A DNA stretch of 64,000 nt, taken from positions 557-64,556 of the forward strand of contig CAYOTK010000006.1 of NCBI GenBank assembly GCA_964406895.1, in the 5' to 3' direction. Shown here one piece after another: positions 46,487 through 57,889 of the stretch. A model generated the notes under the pieces. The model was not told the origin of the DNA. It worked only from the letters and a program-made list of their open reading frames with translations, and made no database searches. Position 1 is the first letter of the stretch. The number at the start of each line of letters is the position of its first letter. Origin of the DNA: an uncultured Candidatus Saccharibacteria bacterium. Its GTDB lineage: Bacteria; Patescibacteriota; Minisyncoccia; Phycocordibacterales; PALSA-1337. The position numbers were made by a program, and so were the translations under genes.

Positions 46487-49400
46487 TTAGAACGTAAACC
46501 TAAGGAACTTAAGCATCAAAGTCCAAACAGAAGCTGTCTGATATTCACCAAATACACTTGATACAGGAGACGATGTTGGACGAGGTGTTGTAGAAGGCGT
46601 TGGAGAATATGTCGAAGTTGGATAATTGTAATTTGGACTAGGAGTTGATGTTGTTGTAGGTGACGCAGTAGTTGTTGGTGTAGGTGATGTTGTAGGAGTA
46701 GAAACAGGAGCAACATAAGTTGTAGGAGTTGGAGTACTTGTAACTACCGGTGCTGGAGAGTAAGTAGCAGTCGGAGAATATGATGGCGTTGGCGTTACAG
46801 TAGTATTCACAGTTTTTGTATCAACAGTGTTTACGTCTTTGGCAGCACTCTTGCCTCCAAACATTGCGTATAGGGACAAATTCTCTAATCCACTCCTTAT
46901 ACTCATATTGTTCGTGACATTTGATGAATTTCCATAGAATATGCTTGTTATTTTATATGAAGCATAACCAGCAACACCTGAATTCATCAAAACACCATTA
47001 TATTTGACGACTCTGCTTGTGTTTGAAGGTATCACTATATAATTAGCACTATCTCCTGCAACTGTTGCGGGAGTATAACTATTGTCAGCAAATGAAACCG
47101 TAGCTGTGTTTGGACTTATAACGGTCACAATCTCATTACCGACATGTTTCTTGCTCATAAATATATCTTTGTCTCCATTATTATTGACTGTAAACGTCAT
47201 TGAGAATGGATATGCGACAACTACATTATTCGACATTACCGGATCACCGAAACTTGTGTTGACACTAGATATATTAACCCCACCCTGAGCAGTAGAGCCG
47301 GCAAATGTTACAACACCCGAATACAACACCGGCTTCAATACAACTTTCATATTATTGAAGTTTCCATCAGTAGCTGTGACATTGGCATTTGAAGCATACA
47401 AAACAACTTCAGCGGATGATTTATTCAAGATATTATTGGTATTCTTAGCAACCACTCCATATATAGTAACTGGTACCCAAGTATCTGTGGGCAATGGTGC
47501 TGCCATATTACTGAATACTATTTTCTGACCCTTTTCTGTTTTAATGATAGTATCAATTGAATCATACTGATATGACTTATCACCTATCTTCACATAGACA
47601 CGATCGAATAGTTTATTAACATTACTACCCTTCCAGTTTGGACTTATGGCATTCACATTCAACTTTAATGAATTGAGCACTGATGACAATCCTTCTGATT
47701 TTATATCGAATATTGCTAATACAACATCGCTAGTATTTTGCGTAGAAGAAATATTTACAATTCTAGCTGAAGGATTAGCAGGATCAAGCCTGAAAGTTAG
47801 AGAACCAGATTTTGCATTTTCTGTAATTGGTCTGTTATCTTCCGGAACAACATTACAAGACTTATTATTTAATGCTTCTCTGGTAAGAGGACCGACACTA
47901 CCAGTTGCTGTTATATTTACAGAGTTTTGAAAACCCTTTACTGCTGCGGTTGTAGACGGGCCGTAGTAGCCTTTTTGGGTCAAATCCTTAGACAAGAAGC
48001 CTAGTTTAATCAATAATTCCTGCAAAGTAACCACTTCTCCACCTGTGCTTCCCTCATCCATGTTGGTAGTAAGTTTCAAACACTGTGGAGTTGTACTAGC
48101 AACTCCTCTCACAATGATTCTTGTACTAGATCCAAAAGCGTATGCATTTCCTGGGAAACGTTCATAGAAGTTAACAGATATTTCTTTGGTTGTAGGATTA
48201 CTATTGAAGACTTGCAAAGTCATTGCAGGAAGTGAACGAGGATTGAATGACTTGGACACATTACATATGTTCTTGTTGCTTTCTGTGGACTGTAACCAAT
48301 CTGCCCTAACACCTTGAGGACATACAGCCATCAATTCTGTACTACTTGCATTACTGTGCGCAGTCATGGAGAGGGTTGTAGTTGCGCCACTTGAGATTTC
48401 TTTTGGTGTGGCGGATATGAAAAGTGCTTCTGAAACAGTGGGGCTTGCAAGAGAAATCCTATATCTATTGACCGCCACTTGTGTAATCGCATCATAATTA
48501 CCTGTATCTTCGCCTGGATTTAGATAACCCTCTTTGATCAACTGATTCTGTAATGTCTTGACTCTCTCACCGCTGGATCCAAATGATAAATTGTTAATCA
48601 ACGAATCTGGAATAGGGGTTGGTTTGGGTAATGGAGTTGGAGTTGGGGGTGCCTTTCGAGGAATAGGTGTGCCTGGTTTGTCTTCTGAATTTGTTATTTC
48701 TCCATAATAAAAACCCCAATAATCAACATCCCAAACGTCTGGAGTTATATCCGCAGTATATAAGACTTTATTAATCGCCCCAGACATATGCAGATCTTCT
48801 GCTTTTTTATTTTTTGAAAGAGGTAAAATAATATAACAATAACCCGCTTTATCTTCTTTAGCACTGACGCTACCATTTATATCGTTCAGTTTCATACGTA
48901 TATCTTTACAAGGTATTTTTCTACCAGTGTTTTCAAGAACAAATTGACTTTTCTCTTCATTGAAGACTGGCTTAAGTTCTGATACAGTTATAGGAATTCG
49001 GATCGAATAGATTTTGTTTGGTTTTGCATCTGAATCTGAATCTATCGCTACATATAAAATATTGAGGCTTTGATTTTTTGAGAAATGGAAAACCTGCCCA
49101 TCAAACTCAACTTCAGAGTATGTTTTTCCAATTTCAAGGTTAGGACGTTTATCGTCCCTTGGTGAATTATACTTTTCATCTATATTAGTGGTCTTATCAT
49201 GGTAAAACATTGTGCCCTTTCTAGTAGTAACTGATACCTCTTTCCCAGCTACAGGATAATAACTTTGTCTATAATCATAATTAGTGTTAATGTCACTCTT
49301 AAAAATATATTCTCCGTTTAAATTTTTTGCATAAGAATTTTCAATCGTGTCACGTTCATACCTCTCTACACGATAGAATCCTTCCGAATTTTCTATAATT

Positions 49401-49606
49401 TCTATTTTACTTTTAGAAATTTTCGGTCTAGTAATCTCGTTAATATAATCTGATGAGTATTTTGTTACCATATACAGCCCTGCTTTGCCAGGATCAAAAG
49501 CATATGCGACATTAGGAGCTTTTAAAATAATCACTCCACAAAAAACAAACACACCAATTAGAACAAGACTGGTTAAACTTTTCCTCACCGATATTATATT
49601 TTTCAT
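46487..49606 (-). CDS. large secreted/surface protein with two PG_binding_1-like domains and extensive C-terminal PT/ST-rich region
   Basis: ~1040 aa; signal peptide MKNIISVRKSLTSLVLIGVFVF; GSSGERVKTLQNQLIKEGYLNPGEDTGNYDAITQVAV and GSTGGEVVTLQELLIKLGFLS...; C-terminal TPTPSYSPTATYSPAPVVTSTPTPTTY... low-complexity. Confidence 0.5.
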   Translation of the reverse strand: MKNIISVRKSLTSLVLIGVFVFCGVIILKAPNVAYAFDPGKAGLYMVTKYSSDYINEITRPKISKSKIEIIENSEGFYRVERYERDTIENSYAKNLNGEYIFKSDINTNYDYRQSYYPVAGKEVSVTTRKGTMFYHDKTTNIDEKYNSPRDDKRPNLEIGKTYSEVEFDGQVFHFSKNQSLNILYVAIDSDSDAKPNKIYSIRIPITVSELKPVFNEEKSQFVLENTGRKIPCKDIRMKLNDINGSVSAKEDKAGYCYIILPLSKNKKAEDLHMSGAINKVLYTADITPDVWDVDYWGFYYGEITNSEDKPGTPIPRKAPPTPTPLPKPTPIPDSLINNLSFGSSGERVKTLQNQLIKEGYLNPGEDTGNYDAITQVAVNRYRISLASPTVSEALFISATPKEISSGATTTLSMTAHSNASSTELMAVCPQGVRADWLQSTESNKNICNVSKSFNPRSLPAMTLQVFNSNPTTKEISVNFYERFPGNAYAFGSSTRIIVRGVASTTPQCLKLTTNMDEGSTGGEVVTLQELLIKLGFLSKDLTQKGYYGPSTTAAVKGFQNSVNITATGSVGPLTREALNNKSCNVVPEDNRPITENAKSGSLTFRLDPANPSARIVNISSTQNTSDVVLAIFDIKSEGLSSVLNSLKLNVNAISPNWKGSNVNKLFDRVYVKIGDKSYQYDSIDTIIKTEKGQKIVFSNMAAPLPTDTWVPVTIYGVVAKNTNNILNKSSAEVVLYASNANVTATDGNFNNMKVVLKPVLYSGVVTFAGSTAQGGVNISSVNTSFGDPVMSNNVVVAYPFSMTFTVNNNGDKDIFMSKKHVGNEIVTVISPNTATVSFADNSYTPATVAGDSANYIVIPSNTSRVVKYNGVLMNSGVAGYASYKITSIFYGNSSNVTNNMSIRSGLENLSLYAMFGGKSAAKDVNTVDTKTVNTTVTPTPSYSPTATYSPAPVVTSTPTPTTYVAPVSTPTTSPTPTTTASPTTTSTPSPNYNYPTSTYSPTPSTTPRPTSSPVSSVFGEYQTASVWTLMLKFLRFTF

Positions 49607-49773
49607 ATTATTAAATAATTTATATAAATTCATCTTAAAAAAATAAGTACTGAATACAATTATACACCTCTCGTCAGTAATCACAAAAAATTTTATCCCC
49701 TAATATTCCCCAACAACAAAGAGCGGTATTACCGCCCCTTGTTGTGAGAACCTATTTAAATAGTCATGAAATA

Positions 49774-51918
49774 TTATTTCCTCTTCTCAATAATCTCCTG
49801 TGCGACATTGGCAGGAACAACCTCATAATGATCGAATTCCATCATAGCACTACCCTGTCCAGAAGTCATAGAGCGAAGTTGTGTAGTGTATCCGAACATT
49901 TCTGATAGAGGAACAGTAGCGCGAATAGAGAGTACTTGGCCTTTTGGTTCTGAACCTTCGACTTGACCCCTCTTGGCTGCAATCGAACCATTGATATCAC
50001 CCATATATTTCTCAGGAGCGACGACTTCGAGTTTCATTATAGGCTCAAGAATAACAGGTTTTGCCCTCTTGGCTGCTTCTTGGAAAGCCTGTGAAGCAGC
50101 AATCTTGTAAGCAATTTCTGATGAGTCAACATCGTGATATGAACCATATGTCAATTCACAGGAAACATTTACCATCTTGAATCCAGCAACAATACCGCGA
50201 TCCATGGCTTCATGTACGCCCTTTTCGACGGCAGGAATGAATTCGTTAGGAATAACACCTCCCTTGATAGAGTTGACGAATTCGAAATCATCATAACGCT
50301 TGACGTTCTTGGGGATTTTCTCGCCTTCAACGAGTTTTTCCATAGGTTTGATATTGATCTTAACGTGACCGTATTGACCCTTACCACCTGTCTGTTTGAT
50401 ATATTTGTGTTCAGCCTCTGCAGTGCCAAGAATAGTTTCGCGGTATGCTACTTGAGGTTCACCAACATTGGCCTCAACACTGAACTCTCTCTTCATACGA
50501 TCAACCATGATTTCGAGGTGAAGCTCTCCCATACCAGAAATTATAGTTTCGCCTGTTTCTTGGTTTGAAGAAATCTTGAAAGTAGGATCTTCGTTGGCAA
50601 GTTTGCGCAAAGCCATACCCATTTTCTCCTGATCAGCTTTTGTTTTTGGCTCAATTCTAAGAGAGACGACAGGCTCAACGAACTTGATAGCTTCTAGGAC
50701 TATAGGATTGGTCTCATCACAGAATGTGTGAGATGTAAGAGCATCCTTGAGGCCTACAGCGGCAGCGATTTCTCCGGCATAGACCTTCTTGACCTCTTCT
50801 CTTTCATTGGCCTGAAGTCTAACAATACGACCGAGGCGTTCTTTCTTGCCTGTAGTTGAGTTGTAAATATAAGTTCCTGCCTCAATAGTACCTGAATAAA
50901 CTCTGAAGAATGTTAGCTGTCCAACGAATGGATCGTTCTGGAGTTTGAAAGCAAGAGCAGCAAAAGGCTCAGCGTCAGAAGCGTGTCGCACTACTTCCTC
51001 ACCAGTGTTTGGGTTGATACCTTTGACAGGAGGCATATCTATAGGGGAAGGAAGATAATCAACGACAGCATCGAGTACTAGCTGAACACCCTTATTCTTC
51101 AAGGCAGAACCGGTGAAGACTGGGAAAATCTTACATGAAATGACTGATTTTCTAACAACTTTCTTCAACTCATCAATAGAAATCTCTTTACCTTCCAAGT
51201 ATTGAGACATGAGAACATCATCGTGCTCCACTATCTTTTCTATCATATTAGCGCGATGTTTCTTGGCATCTTCGAGCAATTCTGCAGGAATGTCTTTCTC
51301 AATAACTTTTTCACCCATTTGGCCTTCAAAATAATAAGCCTTCATCCTCATCAAATCTACAACTCCAGAATGTTCACCTTCCAAACCTATAGGAATCTGG
51401 AATGGCACGGCGTTTTTGTTTAGTCTTTCTAGTATGGACTTGAATGACTTGTCAAAAGAAGCACCCATTCTATCCATTTTGTTGATGAAACAGAGTCTAG
51501 GAACATTACCCTCATCTGCATAACGCCAATTGGTCTCTGATTGAGGCTCTACACCTGCTACACCGTCGAAAACAACCACCGCTCCATCGAGCACTCTTAG
51601 AGATCTTTTTACCTCGGCTGTGAAATCGATGTGTCCTGGCGTATCAATAATATTGAAGCGAACTTTCTTTGAAGTATCAGAAACTGGCATGTATGTAGGA
51701 TTCCAGAAACATGTGATGGCAGCGGCTGTAATAGTAATACCCCTCTCTCTTTCCTGTTCCATCCAATCTGTGACTGTTTCTCCTTCATGCACCTCACCAA
51801 TCTTGTGAGTCATGCCTGTATAGAAAAGCACTCTTTCACTAGTTGTGGTTTTTCCGGCATCGATGTGTGCGATGATTCCGAAATTTCTAACTCTTTCCAA
51901 TGGGTAATCTCTGTTCAT
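49774..51918 (-). CDS. fusA: elongation factor G
   Basis: [32 protein letters not shown]; 714 aa. Confidence 0.97.
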   Translation of the reverse strand: MNRDYPLERVRNFGIIAHIDAGKTTTSERVLFYTGMTHKIGEVHEGETVTDWMEQERERGITITAAAITCFWNPTYMPVSDTSKKVRFNIIDTPGHIDFTAEVKRSLRVLDGAVVVFDGVAGVEPQSETNWRYADEGNVPRLCFINKMDRMGASFDKSFKSILERLNKNAVPFQIPIGLEGEHSGVVDLMRMKAYYFEGQMGEKVIEKDIPAELLEDAKKHRANMIEKIVEHDDVLMSQYLEGKEISIDELKKVVRKSVISCKIFPVFTGSALKNKGVQLVLDAVVDYLPSPIDMPPVKGINPNTGEEVVRHASDAEPFAALAFKLQNDPFVGQLTFFRVYSGTIEAGTYIYNSTTGKKERLGRIVRLQANEREEVKKVYAGEIAAAVGLKDALTSHTFCDETNPIVLEAIKFVEPVVSLRIEPKTKADQEKMGMALRKLANEDPTFKISSNQETGETIISGMGELHLEIMVDRMKREFSVEANVGEPQVAYRETILGTAEAEHKYIKQTGGKGQYGHVKINIKPMEKLVEGEKIPKNVKRYDDFEFVNSIKGGVIPNEFIPAVEKGVHEAMDRGIVAGFKMVNVSCELTYGSYHDVDSSEIAYKIAASQAFQEAAKRAKPVILEPIMKLEVVAPEKYMGDINGSIAAKRGQVEGSEPKGQVLSIRATVPLSEMFGYTTQLRSMTSGQGSAMMEFDHYEVVPANVAQEIIEKRK

Positions 51919-52003
51919 ATAATAATAAGTAAATAATAAAAAGCACTAGGCCTTGTTGCGTATAAGATACAGCAAAGTCGCTTATTTAGCAATACGATAC
52001 TTG

Positions 52004-52915
52004 CTATTTGGATATATAGAGAGATGAGTTAACAGTAGATCCTTGAATTTGATCGGAGCTATTGAAAGCTTGAAGTACAATTGTTGCTTGCCTTGGTGTA
52101 GCTGTTGGCTCAGAATTTACGTAACCCACGATATAATTTTTCACTCCTCCTGATGACACAATCTTTTCCTTTGAACCACAAGCATCTCCTGAAGTTATTG
52201 GGTTACCACTTGAATCATATTTATAGGCCTTAATATTGGTATCGCATTTAATTTCTAGAGTGAAATACGAAATCGGGAATGAATAATTGATAGAATATGT
52301 AACCTTCTTTCCAGCAACACCTGACAATGTTGTTGCTGTTGAATTTGAAGATACTGTTGGTTTTAGAACCGTGGTCGCGCCGAACATCCCAAATGTATTG
52401 GTCGTAGGAACGGTACTTGTATTACCCACAGTTGTATTAGATGTAGAATTCGTAGCAGTATTTGTAGATGAGTTGGTCGACGTGTTAGTCGTTGTATTTG
52501 TGGTCGTATTTGTATTTGTATTCGAAGTGGTATTGGTGGTTGATGCTTTTATTTGGACCGGTGGGACCTGCACAGGAGGTAAACTAGTAGTAATAGTCGT
52601 AGTAGCCTTTATGGTAGGAGGAATTACTGGTGGTATTTCAATAGGAATAATTTTTACTTGCGTCGTTGTTGATGTTGTGGCCACAGTGCCGTCTTTTTTT
52701 AGGGAACTTAATAATTTCAATAATTGCTCCCTTCGTGCTTTCAATATCTTCAATTTGTTTTCACTGTTCAATCTCTTCTCTTTCAAATATTGTAATCTCT
52801 CCGAGGTAGTACTAGCTGTACCACTAACACTTTTTACTGATGATATGAACGAGAATATGACACCGAGAATCAACAGCAATCCTATTTGATAAAGTAGGCG
52901 TCTATGATTTTTCAT
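52004..52915 (-). CDS. secreted protein with coiled-coil segment and T/N-rich low-complexity region
   Basis: Signal peptide MKNHRRLLYQIGLLLILGVIF; TNTTSNTNTNTTTNTTTNTSTNSSTNTATN repeats. Confidence 0.45.
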   Translation of the reverse strand: MKNHRRLLYQIGLLLILGVIFSFISSVKSVSGTASTTSERLQYLKEKRLNSENKLKILKARREQLLKLLSSLKKDGTVATTSTTTQVKIIPIEIPPVIPPTIKATTTITTSLPPVQVPPVQIKASTTNTTSNTNTNTTTNTTTNTSTNSSTNTATNSTSNTTVGNTSTVPTTNTFGMFGATTVLKPTVSSNSTATTLSGVAGKKVTYSINYSFPISYFTLEIKCDTNIKAYKYDSSGNPITSGDACGSKEKIVSSGGVKNYIVGYVNSEPTATPRQATIVLQAFNSSDQIQGSTVNSSLYISK

Positions 52916-53029
52916 AGTAATAGTTTAATAATTAATTATACTAATAATAGCACCTATACATAAAAATATAAACAAAAAACGCTCATCGATATACTTTGAG
53001 CGTTTTTTGTTTTTGAATTTTGAGCGTTT

Positions 53030-53500
53030 TTACCAGGCAAAGTGAGCGAAGGCTTTGTTTGCTTCGGCCATTTTGTGGACATTTTCTCGCTTCTTGACTG
53101 CTTCACCTTCATTCTTAGATGCTGATATGATCTCGTCTGCTAGTTTATCAGCAATAGGCTTGCCTTTCTTCGAGCGAGCGGCCTCTATGATCCATTTCAT
53201 GGACAAAGACTGTTTACGTTCTGGACGGACTTCTCTTGGAACTTGATAGTTGGCACCACCCACTCTTCTTGAACGAACTTCCATAGCGGGTGTTGTATTC
53301 TTCAAGGCCAATTCGAATACTTCAAGAGGATTTTCGACTTTGGCTATCTCTTTTATTTTATTCATGCAATCGAAGACAATATTTCTGGCAACATTCTTCT
53401 TGCCCTCTTCCATGACATAGTTAATAAACTTAGATATTTTGAGTGAGTTATATACCAAATCAGGCTTCAATTCTCTCTTTATTTTTATTTTTCTTCTCAT
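53030..53500 (-). CDS. rpsG: 30S ribosomal protein S7
   Basis: 156 aa; ...[31 protein letters not shown]... Confidence 0.9.
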   Translation of the reverse strand: MRRKIKIKRELKPDLVYNSLKISKFINYVMEEGKKNVARNIVFDCMNKIKEIAKVENPLEVFELALKNTTPAMEVRSRRVGGANYQVPREVRPERKQSLSMKWIIEAARSKKGKPIADKLADEIISASKNEGEAVKKRENVHKMAEANKAFAHFAW

Positions 53501-53513
53501 TGTATTTTATTTA

Positions 53514-53936
53514 TTAACTATTCTTATTTTCTTTTGGCCTTTTATTGCCGTACTGACTTCGACCTTTTCTGCGCTTCTCTACTCCTGCACAGTCAAGCAC
53601 ACCACGAACCACTGAATAACGTAGACCTACGTCCTTCACACGACCACCTTTGAGCAAAACAACTGAGTGTTCCTGTAGATTGTGTCCTTCTCCTGGAACA
53701 TATGCTGTAACTTCAACACCGTTAGTCAAACGTACGCGAGCGATCTTACGAATAGCTGAGTTAGGCTTTTTTGGAGTCTTAGTTGTTACCTTGACGCAAA
53801 CACCTCTTTTGAAAGGTGCGGGAAAGAAACTAGGACGATTTTCAATTGTGTTGAAAGTACGGGTCAAAGCGATGGACTTTGATTTCCTTTTGAAACTTAC
53901 TCTATTCGACTTTGTTAGTTGATTTATTGTAGGCAC
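53514..53936 (-). CDS. rpsL: 30S ribosomal protein S12
   Basis: [20 protein letters not shown] ... [19 protein letters not shown]; 140 aa. Confidence 0.95.
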   Translation of the reverse strand: MPTINQLTKSNRVSFKRKSKSIALTRTFNTIENRPSFFPAPFKRGVCVKVTTKTPKKPNSAIRKIARVRLTNGVEVTAYVPGEGHNLQEHSVVLLKGGRVKDVGLRYSVVRGVLDCAGVEKRRKGRSQYGNKRPKENKNS

Positions 53937-54120
53937 GGGCTTTATTATTGATTATTTTATAATTATTAATAATTTCCAAGATTGAATTCTTCACAATGTC
54001 TGATATGAGAATCCATATATTATATGGAGTATCAGGCAAAGTTACTCAACCTTGAAGAAACGAACCAATCCTTATTCAGGATTGCAATTGACATTAACAC
54101 AATAGTCCTCAATTAGCAAA

Positions 54121-54732
54121 TTACATGAAACCCACGCCAGTAATAAGGTGGAATAAGAAAGGAATGATAGGCGAAATGATCTGCCACAAGAAGAATACTA
54201 CGACTAGAATAAATATTGTTGAGTATTTTTCGAGCACCATGCGGAATCGACCGTATTGATGTGGGAGTATAGAAAATAGTATTTTAGAACCATCGAGCGG
54301 AGGAAGAGGTATTAGATTGAAAATTGTAAGGACTATATTGATAACAACAATATATGAACAGACAATTACAAAAGCACTAAGTGCACTAGTATCGATATTT
54401 GATAATCTTATAATAACTCCGAAAACCAAAGCCAATATAAGATTGGACATAGGGCCAGCTAGCGATATCAAGAATTCACCCATACGCATATTCTTCAAAT
54501 TATAAGGATTATATGGCACGGGTTTGGCCCAACCAAAAGTAAAACCGGCCAATGACGTTATAAGAGGGATAATAATTGAACCAACCGGATCCAAATGTTT
54601 CAATGGGTTCAAGGATAATCTACCCTGTTTCCTAGCTGTTGGATCACCTAGAATATCTGCCATATAACCATGAGAAACCTCATGGATAACAACGGACATA
54701 ATCAATATAATTATTGTAAGAATAGTAAACAT
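54121..54732 (-). CDS. site-2 protease family (peptidase M50) membrane metalloprotease
   Basis: HEVSHGYMA (HExxH) in first TM, 203 aa multi-TM. Confidence 0.7.
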   Translation of the reverse strand: MFTILTIIILIMSVVIHEVSHGYMADILGDPTARKQGRLSLNPLKHLDPVGSIIIPLITSLAGFTFGWAKPVPYNPYNLKNMRMGEFLISLAGPMSNLILALVFGVIIRLSNIDTSALSAFVIVCSYIVVINIVLTIFNLIPLPPLDGSKILFSILPHQYGRFRMVLEKYSTIFILVVVFFLWQIISPIIPFLFHLITGVGFM

Positions 54733-54777
54733 TTGATTTTTCCTGATACTATGCTAGTATACCCCCTACAAACTTCA

Positions 54778-55020
54778 ATGGCAAAAATTTGTCCAATAAC
54801 AAAGAAAACATCGGTAGTTGGAGGAAGATATTCCAACCGTACTCGCGCAACCCAGTTCAACCCATCTGGTCTCATTCGACGTTATCCAAATCTTCAGAAA
54901 AAGCGCATTTACATTCCTGAAATCAAAAAGTCTATCTCTATTCGCATATCAACAAGAGGTCTTCGTACAATACAGAAGAACGGCGCATACCAAACACTCA
55001 AGAAAGCGGGCGTGATATAA
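54778..55020 (+). CDS. rpmB: 50S ribosomal protein L28
   Basis: MAKICPITKKTSVVGGRYSNRTRATQFNPSGLIRRYPNLQKK...; start set at ATG 54778 within the longer ORF. Confidence 0.8.
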   Translation: MAKICPITKKTSVVGGRYSNRTRATQFNPSGLIRRYPNLQKKRIYIPEIKKSISIRISTRGLRTIQKNGAYQTLKKAGVI

Positions 55021-55036
55021 AGCCTCTATTCCCTCC

Positions 55037-55062
55037 ACCTGCCAGAAGCAGGTTATTTTTTT
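55037..55062 (+). terminator. rho-independent terminator after rpmB (overlaps the stop of the convergent gene)
   Basis: acctgc-cagaa-gcaggt hairpin followed by TATTTTTTTGTCTTTTTT. Confidence 0.6.
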
Positions 55063-55568
55063 GTCTTTTTTCTAGTATTTAGTTTCTCTGTATTGTCTTT
55101 TGCCTGTTTAACCAACCAAGAACTAGACTGAACCTTACCACCATGACCAATTTCATTTACGATCAAACAACCAATTTCTTCACAAACTGGTGTCTCAGGT
55201 ATATTACCACTGTGTCTATCGCCACCCTTGGCAAAAATATTTGGTCTAATTTTCTTTAATTCTTCACATATACTTATGTCTTTTGTATTTTCTTGGTGGA
55301 AAGACATGATAACTTCATCGACAGCCCTGAATGATTCTATTATTTCTTTTCTTTCTTCTTGATCCATGAATACATATCCTTTTTTCAAACGTAGCCAATT
55401 ATCATTGTTAAGAATGACTATCAATTTGTCACCCAATCTTTTGGCTTCATTGAACATCCTTACATGTCCTTTGTGAACAGGATCAAAGCCACCACTGACT
55501 GCTACTATAATCTCTTTTTTCTTATCAGCATTCTTCTTGTTTTTCAATTTAAGTTTTTTTATTTTCAT
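55053..55568 (-). CDS. cytidylyltransferase-like nucleotidyltransferase (RfaE-II/TagD-like fold)
   Basis: IIVAVSGGFDPVHKGHVRMFNEAKRLGDKLIV matches the (H/T)xGH nucleotidyltransferase motif; 171 aa. Confidence 0.6.
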   Translation of the reverse strand: MKIKKLKLKNKKNADKKKEIIVAVSGGFDPVHKGHVRMFNEAKRLGDKLIVILNNDNWLRLKKGYVFMDQEERKEIIESFRAVDEVIMSFHQENTKDISICEELKKIRPNIFAKGGDRHSGNIPETPVCEEIGCLIVNEIGHGGKVQSSSWLVKQAKDNTEKLNTRKKTKK

Positions 55569-55629
55569 GGTTTTATATAAATATTATTTCATGTTCAGAT
55601 TTGAATTGAAAGAGCCCATTGTGTTCAGC

Positions 55630-56490
55630 TCATATTCTGTGCACACCAATATCGCCATCACTAATATCCATAAAAATAGAACCTGTTTCTTTTATATTAT
55701 AAGCGTCTTTGAAGATTCCACCTTTTGCTTGCGAATATATGATTATTTTGTGATTCAATGTATCTAGTAATCTCTCGTCCGTGTTTGATTTTGATAAGCC
55801 ATGTGGAATAATCAGTGCATTAGTTGAGGTTGCAAAATTTGATACAAGAAATGTATCTGATAGTAAATATTTTTGTATTTTTTTTGACACGTTACCGAGA
55901 ATTAAAAAATTAAAATCCTTGTAAGATACGACTAGCACCAATTCTGGCGAACTGGATTTTGAATATTTAAAGTCGGTGAATTGAACAGGAAAAAGAACTT
56001 CTATCTTTGTATTTTCATCTAGTTTGATCACATCCCCTTTTATTAATTCTTGTACATATGTCTTCCTCGCTTTTAATTTGTGAATATAAGTATCATAAAT
56101 TTTGCTAGAAGTTGTAGAGAGATTGAGATTGTGAGAATTTATTTTTTGCAAATATGCTCGGTCAACCTTATACCGATCGACGACACTTATAAGCCCTGTA
56201 ATATTTTTGTCTTCTTCATTGGTAGAGATGATCGTATCAATATGTCGCGAATAAAACGGTATGACTTTTGTTATCTTCCTTATAATCTCAGAATTACCTC
56301 CCCCATTAATCAATATTCTTTTACCGCCAGAAGTCTGTAGGAAAACAGCAATATTATTTTTTAATTCGAAAACATAGAGATGGAAGTTTCGAGAACGCGC
56401 ATCTATTCGTATCAAATATATTGTGATCAAAACCAAAAAAAGAAAAATGGATATCGATAAATATATTCTTTTGTTCATAACAAATTTCAT
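55630..56490 (-). CDS. stand-alone ComEC C-terminal MBL-like domain with degenerate metal-binding motif
   Basis: N-terminal TM; ILINGGGNSEI ... IDTIISTNEEDKNITGLISVV aligns with ComEC MBL ILIDGG ... LDYLVLTHPDADHIGGL but H/D ligands are replaced by TNEEDK. Confidence 0.4.
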   Translation of the reverse strand: MKFVMNKRIYLSISIFLFLVLITIYLIRIDARSRNFHLYVFELKNNIAVFLQTSGGKRILINGGGNSEIIRKITKVIPFYSRHIDTIISTNEEDKNITGLISVVDRYKVDRAYLQKINSHNLNLSTTSSKIYDTYIHKLKARKTYVQELIKGDVIKLDENTKIEVLFPVQFTDFKYSKSSSPELVLVVSYKDFNFLILGNVSKKIQKYLLSDTFLVSNFATSTNALIIPHGLSKSNTDERLLDTLNHKIIIYSQAKGGIFKDAYNIKETGSIFMDISDGDIGVHRI

Positions 56491-56575
56491 TATTTCAATT
56501 TAGCATTTTGTGCTAAAGATTAATTAAAGAAATTTTAAAGATTTAATCAAGATTTTATGAAAATATTGAGGTATA

Positions 56576-57202
56576 ATGATTGTAATTATTAGTAAATCAA
56601 AATTCATGAAATCATTTATTGAAGCAAAATTCGACATTCCTGATTTGAAGGGTATATCAAAAAATACGATAGAAGAACACCTAAAGTTATATTCTGGCTA
56701 CGTGAAACACGCCAATCTGATTCTTGAACAAATAGAAGAACTTAGGAAACAAGGCCCGACTATATCTCCAGGCGCAACCTATACTATCAATGAATTACAA
56801 AGAAGATTCAGCTTCGAATTCAACGGCATGGTCAATCATCAATACTATTTCAATGCTTTTGTTGGTGGTCCCAAACCAATCAATCAAGATGGAAGATTAA
56901 TCAAAAATATTTCAGAAGAATGGGGTTCATTCGAAAATTGGCTCACTGCTTTCAAAGCAATGGCGCTTACGCGTGGCATCGGCTGGGCCATGCTCTATTA
57001 TGATCCAACGACCAAGCGCCTTATCGATTCATGGGTCGATGAACAACACTTAGGTCAACTCAACGGTTGCAAAACGATTCTAGCGCTCGATATGTGGGAG
57101 CATTCTTTCGTCGCTGACTACAAACCATCTGGTAAGAAAAATTACGTTGAAGATTTTTTCGCCAATTTGAATTGGGAGATTATTGAGGGAAATTACAATT
57201 AA
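56576..57202 (+). CDS. Fe/Mn superoxide dismutase-like protein
   Basis: NHQYYFNAF, GWAMLYYD, LALDMWEHSFVADY match SOD conserved blocks including the D..H metal ligands; start may be ATG at 56606. Confidence 0.65.
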   Translation: MIVIISKSKFMKSFIEAKFDIPDLKGISKNTIEEHLKLYSGYVKHANLILEQIEELRKQGPTISPGATYTINELQRRFSFEFNGMVNHQYYFNAFVGGPKPINQDGRLIKNISEEWGSFENWLTAFKAMALTRGIGWAMLYYDPTTKRLIDSWVDEQHLGQLNGCKTILALDMWEHSFVADYKPSGKKNYVEDFFANLNWEIIEGNYN

Positions 57203-57213
57203 TATTATTCGTA

Positions 57214-57814
57214 ATGACTGAAATAAAATTCAAAGCAAATTCTGATGTATTAAACCTTGGAGTAAAAATCATCACAGCTCTTGTAATGAATATAAAGAAT
57301 GAAGATTTAAACTCGGCATTTGAAGAATACAAAAAATCAGAACTTGCAATCTTAAAAGAAAAATTCGCAAATAAAAAATACAAGGACGATCCGATTTTAG
57401 AAGGATTTAGAGAATTACACACAAAAGTCGGTCGCAGCAATAGAGATTATTGATATATACAATTTAATATCATTGAAAACGGGTCTGGCTTTGGGAGCTC
57501 ATGATACAAATGGAATCAAAGCAAATATTACACTAAAAATTACAAACGGCTCAGAGAGCTTTATTCCTCTGGGCAAAAAGGATAAAACCGAAATATTTCC
57601 TGGAGAATATTGTTATGTTGATGACGATAATAATGTTATTTGTCGTATGGAAGTCCTACAAGTCGAGCCTACAAAAATTACAACTGAGACAGAAAATATA
57701 TTCTTAATTATTCAAGGAAACCGAAATACCGAACAATCATATGTGAATGAGACTGCCCAGATATTGTGCAATACAATTGTAAAATATTGCGGTGGAAGCT
57801 GTAAATTAATTTGA
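57214..57814 (+). pseudogene. B3/4-domain protein (PheT B3/B4-like) split by a single-nucleotide frameshift at an A4 tract (57423-57426)
   Basis: ORF 57214-57453 and ORF 57473-57814 fuse into one B3/4-like reading frame (...FRELHTKSVAAIEIIDIYNLISLKTGLALGAHD...) if one A is removed from the tract AAAA at 57423-57426. Confidence 0.45.
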
Positions 57815-57889
57815 CTTTGCAAGTTTTTTTCTTATAATAATATTATACCTTTTTGGTTTCGATCTTCTCTAAGAGTGGAAAATTTCGGG

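Noticed and set aside
52287-52889. Plus-strand 200-aa V-rich ORF
   Set aside because: Antisense image of the T/N-rich low-complexity region of the secreted protein gene 52004..52915.
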